DNA of 64,000 nt from Eledone cirrhosa (Eukaryota). The stretch's first letter is position 1. Each line of letters starts with the position of its first letter. The notes beneath the pieces were generated by a model. That model ran no database searches and was not told the origin of the DNA. It worked only from the letters and a program-made list of their open reading frames with translations. The DNA is taken from NCBI GenBank assembly GCA_964016885.1, contig OZ024741.1, positions 411,060,001 through 411,124,000 on the forward strand, given 5' to 3'. This document shows, one piece after another, positions 58,154-64,000 of this stretch. Made by a program: the position numbers and the translations under genes.

Positions 58154-58799
58154 ATGGAAGCTGTCAAGTTACACCAGTGACTCGGGGGTCAGGAATTTGG
58201 TGATTAATGCATTTTTCAAACAGTTTCAAAAACCAGTTTGTAAACTACTATATATACTTGAATATAAGCACCCACTGCCTCTTTTATGTCTGAGAAATGG
58301 GCAAAAATCCAAACCACATTTATAAGCCAAGGCAGCTAATCAACATATTGTTTAGATGGTGTATATAATTTGACCCCACCCCCCTCCACCTCATTTTACC
58401 ATCAATTTTTTGGGTTCACATATTCCTCAGCTTATAGTATATAATGTAAGCACAGAACTCCTGGTCTTCAAATCACCAATATAACGCTAATATCGCTGTT
58501 ATAATAAATTATATTCAGTTTAGTTTCTCCTGTTTGTACAACCAAACATAGATAATCAGAAGAAAATCTTAAACATATAAAGAAGTAATTCTTCATACAC
58601 ATTCTTTAGGCCTGTAATTATTTTAAAGTTTTAAAATATTGTCACAAAGCTTTCAAAAACTGTCTTGAAACTCTATTCAATGATCAGTGTTTACTTTTCT
58701 TAATTGTATCAAGCTCTAGCTTTTCTTTATGGTAAACTTTACAATGGAGGAAAGAAATGAGATTTTGGTCTTGTCAGCGATTTGATAAACCCTCGGATG

Positions 58800-58932
58800 T
58801 TGATGTCATGATAAAATACACCCAGTACACTCTGTAAAGTGGTAGTGTTGGTGTCATGATAAAATACACCCAGTACACTCTGTAAAGTGGTAGTGCTGGT
58901 GTCATGATATAATACACCTAGTACACTCTGTA
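58800..58932 (-). repeat. Mini-array (~2.7 units, period 48) homologous to the 48-bp satellite, in inverted orientation
   Basis: Units start at 58805, 58853 and 58901. gtcatgataaaatacacccagtacactctgtaaagtggtagtgttggt matches the reverse complement of the satellite consensus at 39/48 positions without gaps. Confidence 0.9.
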
Positions 58933-59586
58933 CTTATTGTAAACCAGATACACAGGGATACAGTGTACCTATTGTAAACCAGATATACACAGGGATACAG
59001 TGTAGCTATTGTAAACCTGATATACACAGGGATACAGTGTACCTATTGTAAACCAGATACACACTGGGATACAGTGTACCTATTGTAAACCAGATATACA
59101 CAGGGATACAGTGTACCTATTGTAAACCAGATATACACAGGGATACAGTGTACCTATTGTAAACCAGATATACACAGGGGTACAGTGTACCTATTGTAAA
59201 CCAGATATACACAGGGATACAGTGTACCTATTGTAAACCAGATATACACAGGGATACAGTGTACCTATTGTAAACCAGATATACACAGGGATACAGTGTA
59301 CCTATTGTAAACCAGATACACACTGGGATACAGTGTACCTATTGTAAACCAGATATACACAGGGATACAGTGTACCTATTGTAAACCAGATATACACAGG
59401 GATACAGTGTACCTATTGTAAACCAGATACACACTGGGATACAGTGTACCTATTGTAAACCTGATATACACAGGGATACAGTGTACCTATTGAAAACCAG
59501 ATATACACAGGGATACAGTGTATCTATTGTAAACCAGATATACACAGGGATACAGTGTACCTATTGTAAACCAGATACACACTGAG
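58929..59586. repeat. 37-bp minisatellite attgtaaaccagatatacacagggatacagtgtacct, ~18 copies
   Basis: Read directly, period 37 (for example 58971 to 59008). Confidence 0.95.
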
Positions 59587-59637
59587 ATATTTATAGTTAA
59601 GAAAAGACTAATAAATATATCAATATACAAGACTTAC

Positions 59638-59735
59638 TTTAACAAAAAGTATATTTGAGAAGATGTCCATATTTTCTAGACGGTATGGATCTTTCTCTCG
59701 CAGTTTCATAAAAACTTCAACAGCCTGGTCAAAAC
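59638..59735 (-). CDS. CDC23: CDC23/APC8 internal coding exon (98 bp): (S)FDQAVEVFMKLREKDPYRLENMDIFSNILFVK
   Basis: Acceptor ttctccag, donor gtaagt, phase 1/0. Matches recalled human DIDKALSIFNELRKQDPYRIENMDTFSNLLYVR. Confidence 0.96.
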
Positions 59736-59785
59736 CTGGAGAAAATAAAAAAATAAAATCTAAATTTAGACTAATCTTGATTTTA

Positions 59786-60210
59786 CATATATATATATAC
59801 AATGTCTACATATAACTATATATATACACAACACTCCATATATATATACAATGTCTACATATAACTATATATATACACAACACTCTACATATATATATAT
59901 ATACAATGTCTATATATAACTATATATATACACAACACTCTACATATATATATATATACAATGTCTACATATAACTATATATATACACAACACTCCATAT
60001 ATATATACAATGTCTACATATAACTATATATATACACAACACTCTACATATATATATATATATACAATGTCTATATATAACTATATATATACACAACACT
60101 CTACATATATATATATATATACAATGTCTACATATAACTATATATATACACAACACTCCATATATATATACAATGTCTACATATAACTATATATATACAC
60201 AACACTCTAC

Positions 60211-60242
<32 letters not shown>

Positions 60243-60460
60243 TCTATATATAACTATATATACACAACACTCCATACATACAATGTCTTTATACAACTAT
60301 ATATATACACAACACTCCATATATATATATATATATATATAATGTCTATATACAACTATATATATACACAACACTCCACATATATATATATAATGTCTAT
60401 ATATTACTATATACAACACTCCACATATACAATGTCTATATATATTATACATACATCAAT
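59786..60460. repeat. (TA)n-containing minisatellite with ~50-bp variable units (caatgtctacatataac(ta)ncacaacactc)
   Basis: Read directly. Unit length varies with the TA tract. Confidence 0.9.
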
Positions 60461-60629
60461 ATTTTCATAGATTTTTTAACAAATTTTCTATAAATAAAAA
60501 CATTTCATAGTGTGTGCATGTGTGTATATATGAGAGTGTGTTTGTATATACATATATATCAGTTTACTCAGCTGTAGAAATGAGATGATAGGGACTGGGG
60601 TCCCTCTCATTCCACTGCAAAGTGGTCGT

Positions 60630-60780
60630 GGAGGTGCCACGGAATAAAAGCACCCAGCACTCACTGTAAATGAGGTTAGTGTTAAGAAGGGCATCCAGCT
60701 GTAGAAATCAAGCCAGAATCAGTTCCCGTCCCACCCTTGCAAGCAGGGAAAAGCGGACGTAAATTGATGATGATGATGAT
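60630..60780 (+). mobile_element. SINE-like repeat copy with a single 48-mer-homologous module and a (GAT)n tail
   Basis: ggtgccacggaataaaagcacccagcac...ctgtaaatgaggttagtgttaagaagggcatccagctgtagaaa...gcaagcagggaaaagcggacgtaaattgatgatgatgatgat. Confidence 0.7.
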
Positions 60781-60842
60781 CAGTGTATTGAAAACATGAG
60801 AAAAAAGTACTTAATACTAAAGTAGAGTTTTAATATACAATA

Positions 60843-60908
60843 TTATTACGGCTAAGTAGTCAGTCTTGTTACTCTGGAGTAACAAGATTCACTATTTAGC
60901 CTTAATAA
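60843..60908. other. Long imperfect inverted repeat (32-bp arms, 2-nt spacer)
   Basis: Arms 60843-60874 and 60877-60908 pair at 28/32 Watson-Crick positions plus 2 G-T, counted by hand. Confidence 0.85.
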
Positions 60909-61660
60909 AATGAATATATATATATATATATATTTATTTAGATTTGTTGGTTCACCACTGGATAGAACTGGTCATTCCGTATGGTCAATCTCGATGTAAT
61001 ATTATGGAGAGCACTCAACGTAGTGCAGTTCACCCATCTTCGTTTGTGTAGTTGGTGGTGCGAGTACGGAGTTAATTATTATAAAATAACAGGAGGCTGT
61101 ACTGGTGTAAATCCTTGAAAGGTTTATTATACTATAATCATTTCAATGACCGGGTTCAGTATGAATCTGGTGACATCATCAGGTATTCAAAATATAACAA
61201 AGGAATATAACAGATAAAATCCATGGGGCTGAAAATTTGAGACAAGAGGACGACCGACTATTTAGCAGCTTCTACCTCAGTCAGCCGCCCTCGAGTGCTG
61301 ATTATCAAGTTGATTACACGTACATACATATATGTATACAGACGTACAGTAGTATGTATATATATATATACATACATGCACATACATTCCATTTATCGTT
61401 TTCGGTGCGCCCGGCCGATTAACTCACTCGATATGCAAATTAGGCTGCTCAGCCGTTAATATGCATAAGGAAAGTATATACTTTCAGACGTTCAATCATC
61501 TGGCAGGAAGGTATACAGTGCTGACGATAGCTAATAAGCTTGAAACTAGTACATCGTTCCTTTGTCAGTGTTGAACAAAAGAGCAATGATGGTTGCCGAA
61601 CACTGTACGGCTTAATTCGGGATGTTTGTTTACAAACAAACCGAGCATTATAATAATCCT

Positions 61661-61925
61661 CATCATCATCGTTTAACGTTCATCTTCCACGCTTGCATGG
61701 GTTTGGACGGGGGTTTTCCCACTTGAGGCAAGAGTGGTTGTCTTGCTCGCATAGGACTGTCTGGTGGGTTTTCTACAGTTGGATGCCCTTCCTAACACCA
61801 ACCACATTTACAGTGTGGGACTGGGAGGTTTTTACCGTGTTACCTACACGGCCACATTACAGCGTGGACTGTGTGTATTTTTGTTGTGACACCTACACGA
61901 CCTCATTTGTTTTGGACTAGATGTT
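61661..61925 (-). mobile_element. SINE-like repeat copy followed by ~2.5 diverged units of the 48-mer module
   Basis: catcatcatcgtttaacgttc...ttctacagttggatgcccttcctaacaccaaccacatttacagtgtgggactggg...cctacacggccacattacagcgtggactgtgtgtatttttgttgtgacacctacacgacc. The ORF-track translation also echoes the array (DCVYFCCDTYTT). Confidence 0.75.
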
Positions 61926-62334
61926 GTGGTACCAACATAACTTCACATTGAAGGGGGCGGTGTGGATGGGGTGGGGTAGTGGGACGGATGTTCGGTAAAC
62001 CCATACGTACATATATGTGTGCATGTATGTATATATATATACATACTACTGTACGTCTGTATACATATATGTATGTACGTATACATACTTATATATATCT
62101 GAAATTATATTTATATATATATACACACATAGACAATCATGCCTGCTGTTTAACCAACATTAGTACAACTCAAGTCTCAATCAAACGGAGTTTCACTTGT
62201 GCACTTGCAGGAAGAAGGGTTAAACAGGATATCCTTTAAAATGGGTGGTTTTGTCTCATAGAACCAGAGCTGGTTCTGGCCAGGCTGGTATTAAGAGGGG
62301 GTTAAAATGTGAAAGTTATAGTTGAAGAACCTAC

Positions 62335-62512
62335 TTCGGCTATTGTCATGAGCAATAGCCATTTGTGCCTGGATGTATGTACAGTCAGCGAAGCCATTGT
62401 CAATGAACGACTGGTAGATCTGTAAAGCTTCATCTGTGTGTTGTAGTTCAGAGTACATGTGTGCAAGGAATAAATGTTTTATCCAGTGGTTTGGTAACGT
62501 CAAAGACTGGAG
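62335..62512 (-). CDS. CDC23: CDC23/APC8 internal coding exon (178 bp): LQSLTLPNHWIKHLFLAHMYSELQHTDEALQIYQSFIDNGFADCTYIQAQMAIAHDNSR
   Basis: Acceptor tctctcag with a pyrimidine tract, donor gtaggt, phase 0/1. Matches recalled human LSLPDTWMKEFFLAHIYTELQLIEEALQKYQNLIDVGFSKSSYIVSQIAVAYHNIR. Confidence 0.95.
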
Positions 62513-62640
62513 CTGAGAGAGAAAGAGGGGAAACAGTTAAAAAAATAAGAAATTCAATAAAACATTTGTAATGAAAAAAAATTAAGGTCTTTTAAGGTTT
62601 TAGGAAAAAATATCTAAAATTGGGTTTGTTAATTCAAATA

Positions 62641-62818
62641 TAGCAGTAGTAGTAGTGGTGGTGGTGGTGGTAGTAGTAGTAGAAGTAGTAGTAGTGGTAG
62701 TAGTAGAAGTGGTGGTGGTAGTAGTACTAGAAGTAGTAATAGTAGTGGTGGTAGGTAGTAGTAGTGGTGGTGGTGGTAGTAGTAGTAGTAGTAGAAGTAG
62801 TAGTAGTGGTAGTAGTAC

Positions 62819-62858
<40 letters not shown>

Positions 62859-62939
62859 GGTGGTAGTAGTAGTAGAAGTAGTAGTAGGGGCAGTAGTAGT
62901 AGAAGTAGTAGTAGTGGTAGGTAGTAGTAGTGGTGGTAG

Positions 62940-62980
<41 letters not shown>

Positions 62981-62988
62981 GGTGGTAG

Positions 62989-63019
<31 letters not shown>

Positions 63020-63098
63020 GTAGTAGTAGTGGTAGAAGTGGCGGTGGTAGTAGTAGTAGTAGTGGTGGTGGTGGTAGTATTAGTAGTGGCGGTGGTAG

Positions 63099-63138
<40 letters not shown>

Positions 63139-63152
63139 AAGTGGTAGTAGTG

Positions 63153-63184
<32 letters not shown>

Positions 63185-63186
63185 AG

Positions 63187-63220
<34 letters not shown>

Positions 63221-63858
63221 AAGTGGTGGTAGGTAGTAGTAGTAGTAGTGGTGGTGGTAGGTAGTAGCAGTAGTGGTGGTAGTAGTAGTAGAAGTAGTAG
63301 TAGTGGTAGTAGTAGAAGTGGCGGTGGTAGTAGTAGTAGTAGTAGTGGTGGTGGTGGTGGTGGTAGTATTAGTAGTGGCGGTGGTAGGTAGTAGTAGTAG
63401 TAGTGGTGGTAGTAGTGGTGGTAGTAGTAGTAGTGGTGGTAGTAGTAGTAGTGGTGGTAGTAGTAGTGATGGTAGGTAGTAGTAGTAGTAGTGGTGGTAG
63501 TAGTGGTGGTAGTAGTAGTAGTGGTGGTAGTAGTGGTGGTAGTAGTAGTAGTGGTGGTAGTAGTAGTAGTGGTGGTAGTAGTAGTGGTGGTAGGTAGTAG
63601 TAGTAGTGGTGGTAGTAGTGGTGGTAGTAGTAGTAGTGGTGGTAGTAGTAGTAGTGGTGGTAATAGTAGTGATGGTAGGTAGTAGTAGTAGTAATAGTGG
63701 TGGTAGTAGTAGTGGTAGGTAGTAGTAGTAGTGGTGGTAGTAGTAGTAGAAGTAGTAGTAGTAGTGGTGATAGGTAGTAGTAGTAGTAGTGGTAGTAGTA
63801 GTAGTGGTGGTAGTGGCAGGTAGTAGTAGTAGTGGTGGTAGTAGTAGTAGTAATGGTG

Positions 63859-63896
<38 letters not shown>

Positions 63897-64000
63897 GGTG
63901 TGGTGGTAGGTAGTAGTAGTAGTAGTGGTAGTAGTAGTGGTGGTGGTGGTAGTAGTAGTGGTGGTAGTAGTAGTTTTAGTAATGGTGGTAGTAGTAGTGG
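62641..64000. repeat. Compound (TAG/TGG)n microsatellite, >1.3 kb, runs off the right edge
   Basis: Read directly. It explains the poly-V/S/G ORFs. Confidence 0.95.

Noticed and set aside
62655-63682. Poly-Val/Ser/Gly ORFs, and similar ones at 57099-57409 and 59965-60470
   Set aside because: They are translations of microsatellites.

Overview
Eukaryotic genomic DNA. An animal, probably a coleoid cephalopod such as Octopus, is inferred from the style of the interspersed repeats but not verified. Five short minus-strand exons splice in frame (62512-62335, 59735-59638, 57429-57348, 22660-22496, 21014-20906; all GT-AG) and encode the central TPR region of CDC23/APC8, an anaphase-promoting complex subunit. 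The gene extends beyond both window edges. About 85% of the window is intronic satellite DNA: a 49-bp array (1-~20694, ~420 copies, truncated by the window) and a 48-bp array (~22927-57081, ~710 copies) filling one ~34.7-kb intron. Both arrays contain kb-scale higher-order duplications. The long ORFs in the track are products of the 48-bp period, not genes. The likely origin of both satellites is visible in the window. The 48-mer is an internal module of a dispersed SINE-like repeat seen here with 1, ~2.5 and ~710 module copies, and the giant array is bracketed by inverted tails of that element. The 49-mer resembles a TTAA-CCC transposon terminus and has a solitary copy nearby. Inverted copies of these repeats flank individual exons.
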